From positions 1-64,000 of the IMG/VR virus record IMGVR_UViG_3300025120_014916: DNA of 64,000 nucleotides; one strand, written 5' to 3'. A program made the position numbers and the translations under genes. The DNA comes from a virus. Shown here piece by piece: positions 39,237-49,800 of this stretch. The notes under the pieces are model-generated. The model worked only from the letters and a program-made list of their open reading frames with translations, did not search any database and was not told the origin of the DNA. Position 1 is the stretch's first letter; each line of letters opens with the position of its first letter.

Positions 39237-39809
39237 TTAATTATCTCTCAAACACTCATTAATCTTATATAAAGTATGCTTTAATGACTTTTGATATCTT
39301 TTAAACGATCTTTCAATAGGATCTAATATGTCATCTAAACTCTTTATATTGTCATCTTCTGTATCTGTCAATAACTTATGAGGACCAACCCAACCTTTTT
39401 CATCACCAGTAAACATCTGATTACCCGTAGTGCTAAATGCTTGATTAGCGCCACCGGTACCTATTATAGGCCCTGTTCCATTTGGGTATAACTGATTATG
39501 GGAAAAAGGAGAAATAGTTGATCTAGCAGTTGTTGTATGCGTGCCTTCATTTCTATAACCGGTTGTCAAGCTATTCATGTCACTTCTTTGCGGTTCCATC
39601 TTAATAGCAGTATTGCCATCTCCATGTATTTTCTTTGCGATTAAATCTTCTACAAAATCATCTACGTCATTTACATCTTCAGGTACAGGTTCTAGAGTTT
39701 CTGATTCTAATGCATTGTTATACATTGCTCTAGTTGAGCCTAGCGGTCCATTCTTTATAGATCCGTAACCGTGACCTATGTTTCTAGCATGTGCACCAGA
39801 CGAAGACAT
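39237..39809 (-). CDS. Hypothetical head-module protein
   Basis: 190-aa ORF tightly packed in the head operon. Confidence 0.75.
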   Translation of the reverse strand: MSSSGAHARNIGHGYGSIKNGPLGSTRAMYNNALESETLEPVPEDVNDVDDFVEDLIAKKIHGDGNTAIKMEPQRSDMNSLTTGYRNEGTHTTTARSTISPFSHNQLYPNGTGPIIGTGGANQAFSTTGNQMFTGDEKGWVGPHKLLTDTEDDNIKSLDDILDPIERSFKRYQKSLKHTLYKINECLRDN

Positions 39810-39811
39810 GT

Positions 39812-40336
39812 TTAGGCTTGCCCGTCCGATCCTGCATAAGATCTACCCGAGATATATGAAGATAGATATACACTTTGCTTGCTAATTTCTTTTGCAGTTT
39901 CACTTGGTGAAACAGTACCACCTTTTCCGGAACCAAACTCTATATTAAAATCTTGATCTGGGACGTCGCCTGTGTATGCCGGTTTGTCAGCAGCATTAAT
40001 ACTTCCTGGACCGGGAGATGTCGGATTCGGCATATAAGGTGAAGGCAGATTATGTGTAGTCACATCGACGTCTTCTAAATTTGGGGCATCAACAAAGTCT
40101 CTATTGAAACTATTAAGACCATTACCTGGGCCGGCCAGGGGGCCTCCGCTAACTGCAACGTCGCCTTCCAATGCTAGCTTTGCATACATTTGTTTTCTTT
40201 CTTCATTGCTAATACCACCGGGCGCATAAATTGGAGATCCGGGGAAACATGATGTCAAATTATCTTGTTTTCTAGACCCTTTTGCTGCACCTGTTGCAAC
40301 AACAGGTTCTACAATGATTTGATTTTGTTCAGCCAT
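39812..40336 (-). CDS. Hypothetical Pro/Gly-rich head-module protein
   Basis: 174-aa ORF with 1-2 nt spacing to its neighbours and a GAGG RBS. Confidence 0.78.
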   Translation of the reverse strand: MAEQNQIIVEPVVATGAAKGSRKQDNLTSCFPGSPIYAPGGISNEERKQMYAKLALEGDVAVSGGPLAGPGNGLNSFNRDFVDAPNLEDVDVTTHNLPSPYMPNPTSPGPGSINAADKPAYTGDVPDQDFNIEFGSGKGGTVSPSETAKEISKQSVYLSSYISGRSYAGSDGQA

Positions 40337-40337
40337 C

Positions 40338-40574
40338 TTATAACCTCTTTAATAGTTTTTGTTTAAGAGTATTTTTTACTGCTTCTATTTTTTTTAAATC
40401 AGATCTTTTTTTTGTTTTTGATTCGTTAAGAAGTTTAATAACTTTTAAATACGATTCAATAATTCTTTTATTTGATAATTTACTTTTTCTATTTTGCAAC
40501 TTTCTAAGTTTAAATTTTTCTTCTGCAATTATTCTTTTAAGCGTTGCAGGTGTTAGTTTTCTTACTCTTTTCAT
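40338..40574 (-). CDS. Small basic protein with shared N-terminal leader
   Basis: KLTPATLKRIIAEE; very Lys/Arg-rich; AGGAG RBS. Confidence 0.75.
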   Translation of the reverse strand: MKRVRKLTPATLKRIIAEEKFKLRKLQNRKSKLSNKRIIESYLKVIKLLNESKTKKRSDLKKIEAVKNTLKQKLLKRL

Positions 40575-40596
40575 ATCTTCTCCTGTTAAAATAAAA

Positions 40597-40644
40597 ACAC
40601 AACTTAACTTTGCATTTATAACTATCGCCTAGGTTAAGTTGTGT
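40597..40644. repeat. 12-bp perfect inverted repeat with a 24-bp spacer
   Basis: ACACAACTTAAC (40597-40608) and GTTAAGTTGTGT (40633-40644). Confidence 0.9.
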
Positions 40645-40667
40645 CTTATTTATAAAATAAAAAAATG

Positions 40668-41138
40668 TTATCCAAACGCTAAAGATGCCCATTTTGAAGA
40701 AGCTTCTTCCCCAAACAATTTCTCAGGACTATTACTCTCTACCATTCGCTGCGCAGTATCACCAGAACCTGTGGGTGTAAAACCTTTTTTACTATCTGCT
40801 GCTAATTGATCCTGGAGGGTTGTATGTGCTGTATCAGCCAACATTTCTGCAAGTACAGGATCGTTAGTAATATTTGAAGCTAACTCATCTAGCCTTTTGT
40901 TCTTTTTTATATTCTTACTGACTTCACTGTCATTGTCAATGTTATCTAAGTATTTGGGCGTTTTTGATCTTCTGCTATACTTGCTTTCTGAAACAGACAT
41001 CGCTTCTTTGAGTGTTCTGGCTTTTTTTGCGCTCGAACGCGATGTCTTGGCTTCAGAATTCAAACCTTCAGCTAAGATTTCTATTAAGCATTCTTTAACA
41101 ATACCTTTTATAACGTTTTTGGTTAATTTATCTGCCAT
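40668..41138 (-). CDS. Hypothetical head-module protein with shared N-terminal leader
   Basis: MADKLTKNVIKGIVKECLIEILAEG. ATG at 41138 overlaps the protease stop (TAATG). Confidence 0.78.
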   Translation of the reverse strand: MADKLTKNVIKGIVKECLIEILAEGLNSEAKTSRSSAKKARTLKEAMSVSESKYSRRSKTPKYLDNIDNDSEVSKNIKKNKRLDELASNITNDPVLAEMLADTAHTTLQDQLAADSKKGFTPTGSGDTAQRMVESNSPEKLFGEEASSKWASLAFG

Positions 41139-41743
41139 TAGTCTTCCCACCTTAATATGTCATTAAACATTCTATTTATTCTATCTGATTTGTTAAAAGA
41201 TTTGTTAAGCTCAGAATTTGATATTTTCTTACCTTCACTCATCATAAAAGCACCTGGGGTGCTAGGTTCGGAAACCATGTCAAAGCAGATTAATTGAAAA
41301 TCTTCTTGAACTATTTGTGTATCGCCTTGGCTTTGTGTAGAACCTACGCCACGTGATGAGATGCCTAGTGTTACGCCACTCTCAATAAGTGACTGTATAA
41401 TTTTACCGCTAGGCGTATCAAGTAACTCTATGACACCGTAGACGTTGTCACCTTGCATCCTAGCTTCTTTTACTACGTGCGAAACATTTTTAAGTTCAAC
41501 AACAGATGATTCTGGGTGGTCACATTCGCCCAGTGCTCTATTTTCTTGAATGAGTTTTTGATAATTAATCACTTCCCGTTCTAAAATTGTTCTGGGGTAT
41601 ATTCTGCCATTTTGATTAAGTGTATTAGCTCTTTGTATAATGCCTTTTAGTAATACCTTTCCGTATTTTTCTTTTGATTCTTTAAGCATCTGCTTGTCAA
41701 TACTAATTGGACACCATTCTGTTAATAATTTTCTATCTGTCAT
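41138..41743 (-). CDS. Prohead maturation protease, T4 gp21-like
   Basis: NQNGRIYPR, RALGECDHP (catalytic His), LGISSRGVGS (catalytic Ser), DMVSEPSTPGAF. Confidence 0.95.
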   Translation of the reverse strand: MTDRKLLTEWCPISIDKQMLKESKEKYGKVLLKGIIQRANTLNQNGRIYPRTILEREVINYQKLIQENRALGECDHPESSVVELKNVSHVVKEARMQGDNVYGVIELLDTPSGKIIQSLIESGVTLGISSRGVGSTQSQGDTQIVQEDFQLICFDMVSEPSTPGAFMMSEGKKISNSELNKSFNKSDRINRMFNDILRWED

Positions 41744-41745
41744 TT

Positions 41746-42603
41746 TTATTCCCCTAAACTAATTTCTTCAACTAATTTTGTTAAAGTTAAAAACTTACTT
41801 ATCGTACCATCATTAAGCACTTCGACATCTAGATTTATAATTTTATTTTTAACAAGATCGATCTTTTTTGATAAATATGAATTTTCATTTATTGTGCCAA
41901 AACTTTTTAATGATTTTAGTGATATTTGTTTTTGTGTGTTCAAATATTTTTTAAGCTTTTCATGCTTGTCACTATCATTACTATATAATGCGTATTTTTG
42001 CAATATTTCTCTCTGTGATGATGAAAAATCTGTATATTTTTTATTTATTTTTTCCATCATTATTTTTTCAACAAGAACATCAGAATTAGTTTCACTAGCT
42101 GAAGTATTTAAAATATCTAGACTTGAGTCTGATTTTTCTTTAATAAGATGATTTAGCGCGCTTTGCTCTAAAATTACCATCTTTTTCAAATCAGATGTAT
42201 CTCCTTTTTGCCATTCTTGAATCATATTGTGAATATTTGCCAACTCTCTGTACTCTGGGATTGATCGATAATAAAACGATCTATCTTTAATACTATAGTT
42301 AATGTCTCTAATCAACATTGATTTTTCTTTTTCAATTTTATTTCTATTAAATCTTCTAGCTGCGTTTTTTGCTTCTGTTAGAATTGCCGCGGCTATTTCT
42401 GTATTTTGAACTGTTGTCTTTGCCAATGCATTAAAAAGACGAAACTCTTTATACAATTCTGTATCTTTACTAAAACGTTTTTCTATAATTCTGGTTGCAG
42501 ATAATGCACCCTTTCTATCATTTTCAATTAATTTGGTAGATATATGCCTTAACAGTAGTTCGTACATTATACCTATGTTTCTTTTTTTATTATGCTTTGT
42601 CAT
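41746..42603 (-). CDS. Hypothetical protein between portal and protease (prohead core position)
   Basis: 285-aa helical ORF overlapping the portal stop. Confidence 0.75.
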   Translation of the reverse strand: MTKHNKKRNIGIMYELLLRHISTKLIENDRKGALSATRIIEKRFSKDTELYKEFRLFNALAKTTVQNTEIAAAILTEAKNAARRFNRNKIEKEKSMLIRDINYSIKDRSFYYRSIPEYRELANIHNMIQEWQKGDTSDLKKMVILEQSALNHLIKEKSDSSLDILNTSASETNSDVLVEKIMMEKINKKYTDFSSSQREILQKYALYSNDSDKHEKLKKYLNTQKQISLKSLKSFGTINENSYLSKKIDLVKNKIINLDVEVLNDGTISKFLTLTKLVEEISLGE

Positions 42604-44605
42604 CGTCTTCCCCTGATGAATTGTTCTCAGAGATTATACTTTGCTTTAGTGATTTACCAAACTTACCATCAAACCTCTTAAGTGTTGATTCTAACCTTGA
42701 TGTCATTTTAGCGTTTTGTATTATCTTACTATCTAAGTATTCACTAATATCCCATTCTTCTTCATTTAACATCGTATCTTTTGCTAAATTTCTCACTGGG
42801 TTAATTAATGCTTTCATGTCTGACATATGTCGAGGCATTCCAGAAGCGTCAAATTTTCCTTTATTACCCTTATAAGACATTATGTCTTCAGTACCGGCAT
42901 CCTCTTTATGTTTTGCTTTTTTTCTTTTTGTTTTATAATCTTGCTGTGCTTTCTTTTGCCATGATTCAAATTCTGTTAGTTTGAATTCTTCTTTATCTTC
43001 TTCATTGATCATTGCAGCATTATTTATCATGTTTTGTACCCTAATAGGGGCATTTTCATCTGATATGGAAAGTTTATTTTCTTCAGAAAGACCCGGTATA
43101 TCCGGTCCCGGGCCTATTCCGCCTAAATCAAGCCCGGGCAATTGAGGGCCACCATCGCCTATCGTATCTGGTGGCCCTAGCTCAGGACCTTCAGGCGCTT
43201 GCAATTGAGTTCCTTCAATTTCTAAATCTCCGATCTTGTCAGAAACCAATCCCGATCTGATAGCTTTAACTTCTTCATCATTAAGTCTTAATATATTTTT
43301 TTGAACCCATTTTCTATCAACTATACCTGGAACTTGTAATGCTGAACCGGCGACTTCAAATCTAGTTCTAAAAAGCTCAAGTTTTTGTTGTTGTGCTATT
43401 GTAGAAGGATTAGAAAGTCTAAGTTCAAAATCTAGAAGATCTTCGTCAGTAAAACCCTGGCAATAAAGGTGAACTATCGCAATTTTGTTCATTTCTGAAA
43501 GTATTGTTCTTTGTATTCTTGCTATGGTTCTACTAAATCTTATGTCTTCTTGGGATAACGTCGCCTTTGCCCCTAAGCCTTCATCATAGCCTAAATAAGC
43601 TTTAGGTATTTTAAGAGCAGAAAATAATTTCTTTTGAATATACTCAACATCATTTGTTTCACCGGCCATAGTTCCGCCGCCCAAGGTATCTATCGCAGTT
43701 CCCGAATCAGCGCCTCTAACAGGAATAAAATAGTCCTCGTCAACTGAAAGCGGATTATATCTTAGATCAACCTTACCGGTTGTCTTGTCGACAACCTGTG
43801 AACGTTTAAGACTGCTTTGAGCCTGTTCCATGTAGTTTTGTACATCTTCTGGAGGGACGTTACCAACGTCAATTTTAAAAACTCTTCTTTCTGGCGCTCT
43901 GACTATTCTATATACTAGCATCGCGTCTTCTAATAAAATTAATTGTCGCCAAATTCTTCTAGCAGGTTCTAATACTGAAGAACCGTATGGCAAGAATGCA
44001 TCGTTACCTAAAAGTCGCATATGAGAAATTTGCCAGTTTTCTAATATCTGATTACCTTGTGTTACCCATCTAAACCTAACTGCCATCGGATCGTTAGTAT
44101 CAAACCCTTCTTCTCTTTCTAGCTCTGCTATGGGTAGCGGATATGCGTTTATTACACCGTACTTGGGATGTACATCATTAAATAAGAAAAAGTCACCATA
44201 TTTTACTAAATTTCTTACCCATGAAGTCATATTAAATTCAATATTTAGTGTATCATAAAACAATTCGTTTAAGATCTCTTTGATTTTTGAATTTTCTGAG
44301 TATATATGAAGTGTCTTGCCGTTTTCGTCTGCTGCTACTGATTCTTCTGCGTAGATGTCTAAAGCACTCGCGATTTCCGGTGTGTACTCCATTTCTGAAA
44401 AGTCTGCATATCTGGCCATTCTGTCATACGCACCGTATGCAGACATAGCAGCACTGTATACCTGACTCTGGTTTTTTCTAAAAGTTTCAAACGCTGTTGA
44501 TGTTTTGTTATCAATTGGTTTTAAAACATTTCTTTTGACCACCGGTCCGGACCTAAATAGTCGAGTAAGTCTACCAAATAAACTTCCTTGTTGCTTGTCT
44601 GCCAT
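42590..44605 (-). CDS. Portal protein, T4 gp20-like, with C-terminal extension
   Basis: MEYTPEIASALDIYAEE, PYGSSVLEPARRIW, EDAMLVYRIVRAPERRVFKIDVGN, EDYFIPVRG, ALKIPKAYL, QEDIRFSRTI. Confidence 0.96.
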   Translation of the reverse strand: MADKQQGSLFGRLTRLFRSGPVVKRNVLKPIDNKTSTAFETFRKNQSQVYSAAMSAYGAYDRMARYADFSEMEYTPEIASALDIYAEESVAADENGKTLHIYSENSKIKEILNELFYDTLNIEFNMTSWVRNLVKYGDFFLFNDVHPKYGVINAYPLPIAELEREEGFDTNDPMAVRFRWVTQGNQILENWQISHMRLLGNDAFLPYGSSVLEPARRIWRQLILLEDAMLVYRIVRAPERRVFKIDVGNVPPEDVQNYMEQAQSSLKRSQVVDKTTGKVDLRYNPLSVDEDYFIPVRGADSGTAIDTLGGGTMAGETNDVEYIQKKLFSALKIPKAYLGYDEGLGAKATLSQEDIRFSRTIARIQRTILSEMNKIAIVHLYCQGFTDEDLLDFELRLSNPSTIAQQQKLELFRTRFEVAGSALQVPGIVDRKWVQKNILRLNDEEVKAIRSGLVSDKIGDLEIEGTQLQAPEGPELGPPDTIGDGGPQLPGLDLGGIGPGPDIPGLSEENKLSISDENAPIRVQNMINNAAMINEEDKEEFKLTEFESWQKKAQQDYKTKRKKAKHKEDAGTEDIMSYKGNKGKFDASGMPRHMSDMKALINPVRNLAKDTMLNEEEWDISEYLDSKIIQNAKMTSRLESTLKRFDGKFGKSLKQSIISENNSSGEDDDKA

Positions 44606-44616
44606 TACTTATTTCC

Positions 44617-46245
44617 TTACTTTAGAACCCATAACATATCATTAGGTATATTACTGCGATTTGTTGCAGAATTAATATCTGTTTTAACAATTCTTTTATT
44701 TTGATCACCATTTGATCTATAGATCGGTGACCCTAGTCCGTTGCCACTGCTTTCTGATTGATAGCTTTTTCTTTCTACCTTAAATGCGTTTATCATTGCT
44801 TGATTGACAGCTTTTGAATCTTTGCTATAGTCAGAACTAGCATCATATAACCAAGACCCTATTGCAAGACTCATTACTAGATCATCGTTAAAGCCTCTTT
44901 TTGCTTGTGCTTTACCACTTTGCCATGTAAAAACTTTTAATTCTTCATAAAATCGAGAAGAATAAGATATTATTTGCTTATTTCTTATAACTTCTTCTAA
45001 TTTAGCAAGAATCGTACCTCTTGTTTTCCCGTTTGTATTGAAGCCAGCTTGATCGGCTGTTGACGGAGGGACGTAGTTACCTATATAAGCAGCTTTTTTA
45101 TTTTGCTTATAGTAAATCCTAGGGTATCTTAGTTCAATCAATTTAAGTATCGTGGCAAACCCGTACGAATTGTTTTCTGGACACAGCAATGCTTTATTAT
45201 ATTTTATGCCAAATTCATTTAAAAGCAAACCGAAGTTATCTGGCCTTATTTTACCTTTATACTCACAAACAACTTCGCCTGTATTGCAGTCAACTATATG
45301 AAACGTTGAGTAGTCTTTTGAATCGCCTCTTGATACATCTGCAGACATTATATAGTCATGTTCTGAGAGAGGATATTTCCATATCCAAACATTTCTGTCG
45401 TCGCCAGCTCTATCAATAGGCTTTTGTATACAGGTTCTCATCCATTCTATAGCAGCATCATCTAAAAACGTTTCACCGCTGCTAGCAAAATCACATAAAA
45501 ATTCTTGAGCAATCTGTCTTTTTGACATGTTTGATGTCATCTTGTCAAACCATGCTTGATCATAATCAGGGTTGAAGTGCCATGGGATTTTTATTGCATT
45601 AAATTCATTAAGGTTTGCTTCAGCTTGTGTATAGAGTTTATAATATTGGCCGCCGGCTCCATTTGGCGTTGACAGTATAATTGCACGCCCACCTGTCGAT
45701 AGTGTTGGGTATATACCCGTCCATATAGTATCAAAATTTCTTACAAAAGCAGCCTCATCTACAATGAGTAGTGATAACGACTCAGAACGTCCAGCATCTT
45801 CAGAAGTTGGAATTGCTTTTATTTGTGAGCCAGTGTTAAATACGATCTCTTGCTTATTATTTGATACCATTTCTGGGAGTATCAGCCACTTAGGTAATGA
45901 TCTTAGCATAGACTTTACTTTTACAATAAAGTTTTGAGCAATTTTAAGTTTTGTGGCAATTACTAATATACTTTGTTCTTTTTTAAATATAGCTAGCCAA
46001 ACAGAATATGCTGCAGCCAGTGTCGACAATCCTTGTTGTCTAGATTTAAGAACTATGTTAAATCTATGTTCATTAAAATCATCAATGCAATCTTTTTGAA
46101 AGTCATACATGTTAAACGGGATCATTCCGCGCATAGGATGCTGTATCTTTACATAAGTTTCAAAGAAATAATTAGCATTCTTACCACACTTAATTATTTC
46201 TTGAACTTGCTGCTGCCTAGATTTAATGCTAGATTTAATTGCCAT
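44617..46245 (-). CDS. terL: Terminase large subunit, T4 gp17-like
   Basis: LKSRQQGLST, LIVDEAAF, LSTPNG, AQEFLCDF, SADVSRG, DDLVMS. Confidence 0.96.
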   Translation of the reverse strand: MAIKSSIKSRQQQVQEIIKCGKNANYFFETYVKIQHPMRGMIPFNMYDFQKDCIDDFNEHRFNIVLKSRQQGLSTLAAAYSVWLAIFKKEQSILVIATKLKIAQNFIVKVKSMLRSLPKWLILPEMVSNNKQEIVFNTGSQIKAIPTSEDAGRSESLSLLIVDEAAFVRNFDTIWTGIYPTLSTGGRAIILSTPNGAGGQYYKLYTQAEANLNEFNAIKIPWHFNPDYDQAWFDKMTSNMSKRQIAQEFLCDFASSGETFLDDAAIEWMRTCIQKPIDRAGDDRNVWIWKYPLSEHDYIMSADVSRGDSKDYSTFHIVDCNTGEVVCEYKGKIRPDNFGLLLNEFGIKYNKALLCPENNSYGFATILKLIELRYPRIYYKQNKKAAYIGNYVPPSTADQAGFNTNGKTRGTILAKLEEVIRNKQIISYSSRFYEELKVFTWQSGKAQAKRGFNDDLVMSLAIGSWLYDASSDYSKDSKAVNQAMINAFKVERKSYQSESSGNGLGSPIYRSNGDQNKRIVKTDINSATNRSNIPNDMLWVLK

Positions 46246-46622
46246 TAACTAATCTCAAACGAATAGACATTTCTTACTAGCGCAGTACCTTTTGGTGAAA
46301 AAGCAGACATATTTATTAACTCTACAGATGGGTTTTCACCTATATTTTTAGTCTTGAGTACTCGACCCGCTGCTATCTTAAATTCATCTTTAATTTCTTT
46401 AAGACTAACATCACATGCTTTGTTTAGTTGATCTTGAGCTTTTTTAGCTTCTGCATGCATTTCAGATCGGTTCAACAAATTAACAACTGTCATGACAGTT
46501 ATTTCTAGCAGGCCTTCAGAGACAATTTTTGGAAGTACCTTAAAAGCTCCGATGCTGTCATATGCATTTTTATATGTTGGATCAATAATGTTTCCTAATA
46601 TGTTAGTTTCTTCTAAATTCAT
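46245..46622 (-). CDS. Hypothetical protein coupled to terL
   Basis: 125 aa; GAGGAG RBS; TAATG overlap with terL. Confidence 0.75.
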   Translation of the reverse strand: MNLEETNILGNIIDPTYKNAYDSIGAFKVLPKIVSEGLLEITVMTVVNLLNRSEMHAEAKKAQDQLNKACDVSLKEIKDEFKIAAGRVLKTKNIGENPSVELINMSAFSPKGTALVRNVYSFEIS

Positions 46623-46885
46623 TTTTTCTCCTCAGGGTTTAACTGACATTTTCTATTATAAATATGCGTTTCTAGAGTTTCTTTATCAGGTCGCCACCCT
46701 TCTTTCCATTCTTTTTTTCTTGCTTCTATAAAAGTTAAGTAACAATCATTACAAGAACCGTCATAATCTTTTGAACTTTTAAAGTCTAATAAAGATGTTA
46801 ATGTAAACTTGCACAACGAACAGAAAAAATATTCATTACTTTGAGATAGTGAATCTTTAAAAATAACTTTATGGTTGATATACAT
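46619..46885 (-). CDS. Small CxxC...CxxC Zn-binding protein
   Basis: FCSLC...SCNDCY...WKEGWRP; ATGA overlap with the next gene. Confidence 0.72.
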   Translation of the reverse strand: MYINHKVIFKDSLSQSNEYFFCSLCKFTLTSLLDFKSSKDYDGSCNDCYLTFIEARKKEWKEGWRPDKETLETHIYNRKCQLNPEEKK

Positions 46886-49800
46886 GTGAATCTACTCCTT
46901 CTTTTATTATTTCTATTGTATTGTCTACAATATCTTTAATCGCATCAATATGAGAAATAATTATAATGTTTTTAAATAATTTTTTAAACGATGTTAGTAG
47001 TTTACTACAAGATTCTAGATTTGTTTCATCTAGCGCACCAAAACCTTCATCAATTATCAGCATGTTTGTCTTAGGAAGCGTTGAGACATTAATCAATGCA
47101 ACCCTTATCGCCAACGATGCCATCATTTTTTCCATACCTGATGCTAATTCAACAATTCTTCTGCTATCACCGTAGTTTATATAGATATCCATAGCATTAC
47201 TTTTTAAATCTGCTTCTAACTCTATAGTGAATCCGACAACGCCTTGTAAGATTTTTGATATCTCTGCATTAATTTTTGGTAATAGTGAGTATAGAAGCTG
47301 AACTGGAATTCCTCTTTTTGAGGTTGCTTGAATAAACATGTCATAAAGTTTAAGATCTTTATTTATTTTCTGATAATCCTCTAAATTCTTTTTGTAGAGA
47401 TCTCTTTTTGCGCGCCATGATGCAGTTTGACTTATCGCAGTGTCTCTTTTAGAATTAATTTGTTTTCTTTCTCTTTCAAGCTGACTGATGCGATTATGTA
47501 TTTCTTGAAACTCGCTCGAGTCTTGCGAATTAAAAAGTACTAATGTGTTTTTGTAATCTTGTTCTGCAGTGTTTAGCTGTCTTTTTAAGTTAACTATAGT
47601 TTGAATTGCTCTTTCAATTTTAATCTTTCTTTCAGATATTTCATCTACAAATTTTGACTTTTTGCTTAGAATTGTATTGTATTGTTCTATTTTCTTTTCG
47701 TAATCTTCTGATAGATTATTTAATTCGTTATCTATGTCATCAACTTTTACAGATAGAAAAGTTACTTTTTCTTCTTGATTGTCAAGTTTTTGCTTATTTC
47801 TATGTGAATTCTTAATGAATTTGCATGTTGGGAAACTGTCGCCACAAGGTACTTGATCTAGTATTTTTACAGATTTAGATATGTTATCTAATTCTTTCCT
47901 CTCAAGTTTTAAATTTCCTTTGAGTTCAATCAAAGATTGCCTGATTTTTCTTTTTGCGTCCCTCTTCTTTTTTATATCTTTTAAATTAAAATTGACTAAA
48001 AAGTTTTCAATCTTTTTAATTTTTGCTGTTTGCTCACTAATAGATTCAACTAGTTCAAACTTTTTATTTTCTAAAATTGATATATCGTTTTTTATCTTTA
48101 TGCAGCTAGCTTCCTTCTTATCAACAGTAGACTGCGGCATGTATTCTATTTCTTCGCTTATGCTCGTTTTCATTTCTTTTATTGTTGATTCAACTTCTTC
48201 TAGCTTGTTTTCACACGAAACCTTTACTAATAAGTGTTCATCAATCTTGCTTAAGCAGTGATTGTATTTATCTTCCCAGTTATCTGATGACAATACATTG
48301 ATTTTACTTCTTAAAGGACTGCACTCTTTTTTTGCCAATTCTGACATTTTATCGAAAACTTCCAAGTCTAAAAAGTTTGATAGGATATTTTTTCTAGCAG
48401 CCGCCTTTTCTTTAATAAAATTATTTATCTCTCCCTGTGAAGCTAAACTTGTCATTAAAAATTCTTCACTGGTGCCTATTGTCTTTCTAAGTATTTTTTC
48501 TGTTTCTCTTCTTTGTTCATCTGTTAAATCCTCTATAATATCTCCCGATCCGTTAAGTCTATAAAACTTTAAAGAGGTAGGTGCCCAAATATCTTTCTTT
48601 GTCTGCTTTTTAATTGTTTCTCTAGATATTCTATAAGGTATTCCTGCTACGCTTATGTCTATGTCTGCTGAACAGCTACTAAATCTTGTGTTGATTATGT
48701 GTAGATTTTTTATAGAGCCACGATCTGATGCATTAAAAAGTCCGTATACTAGACTTCCAATAACAGAAGACTTTCCGCGTGCATTTCTTCCAAATATACC
48801 AGTAATACCCGGCAAATTATCAAAATTAATATAGTTACCTTTACCGTATGAAAAGGTACTATCAAATTTCATGGAGTTGATGGTCCAATTGGAATTTCTA
48901 TTGTCTTCACCAGATTTTGATATTGTGTCAATATATTGGCTAGTCATTAAATTTAACTTTTCCCACTGATGATCATCTAAGTCATGACTGTCATAATAAG
49001 CTTTGATTAATTCAATTTGAACGTTTGAGTCTCTTAGATTTAATGCCTTATCATTTGTTTGATCGACTAGATTTTTTTCAGAATCAAACTTTGTCTCTAT
49101 CTTAAAAACAACTTCTTTTGCGTTATGACTCTTTTTTAACTGTTTTCTCAGTCTTTTAGCATCTGCTTGGGATATAAAATTATCAGCGCGTATTCTAAAT
49201 CTAGATTGGCGCGGATGATATTTGCATTCTATTAGCGTTGTCTTTATATCGCCTTGCCAGTCAACAGTTATGAAAGGATGAATATTTTTTACAGGTATGT
49301 ATTTAACATCAAAGTCGTTTCGGCCTCTTATGTCCCAAAACAAAAAACCCTTATCTGGCGTTTCGCCATAATTTTGCTGAATCGTACTTCCACAATACGC
49401 AACAGTTTTGTGTTTATCTAGAAACTGTCGCTTATGTATGTCTCCTAGTAATGCAAAATCATAATTTTTAAAAAACCCTAAGTTAACTTCGCCGCCTAAT
49501 TGCCAATCAATGTCTGTTAGTGATCCTCGCACGGAGCCATGAAACAATGCGATATTTATATCAGAAGGATCAGGTTTTAGATCGACCCAGTTTTCTTCAT
49601 CAAAACATGAAAAGACGCACCATTTAAAACCTGGATGACCCGTATCATATATACCTGTATCCTTTAAAAGAAATATGTTAGGATTGTCTATAGCGTTTAT
49701 GATTGGTGTGATTGCGTCTTGTCGATCTTTGTTTAATATGAGTCCGTCATGATTGCCTAATATTACATGAACTGGGCATATTGATGCCATCTTATTAAAC

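Noticed and set aside
351-46245. Inteins or group I introns in nrdJ, helicase, recA or terL
   Set aside because: Protein lengths are normal, motifs are contiguous, and I saw no LAGLIDADG/HNH inserts or splice-junction signatures.
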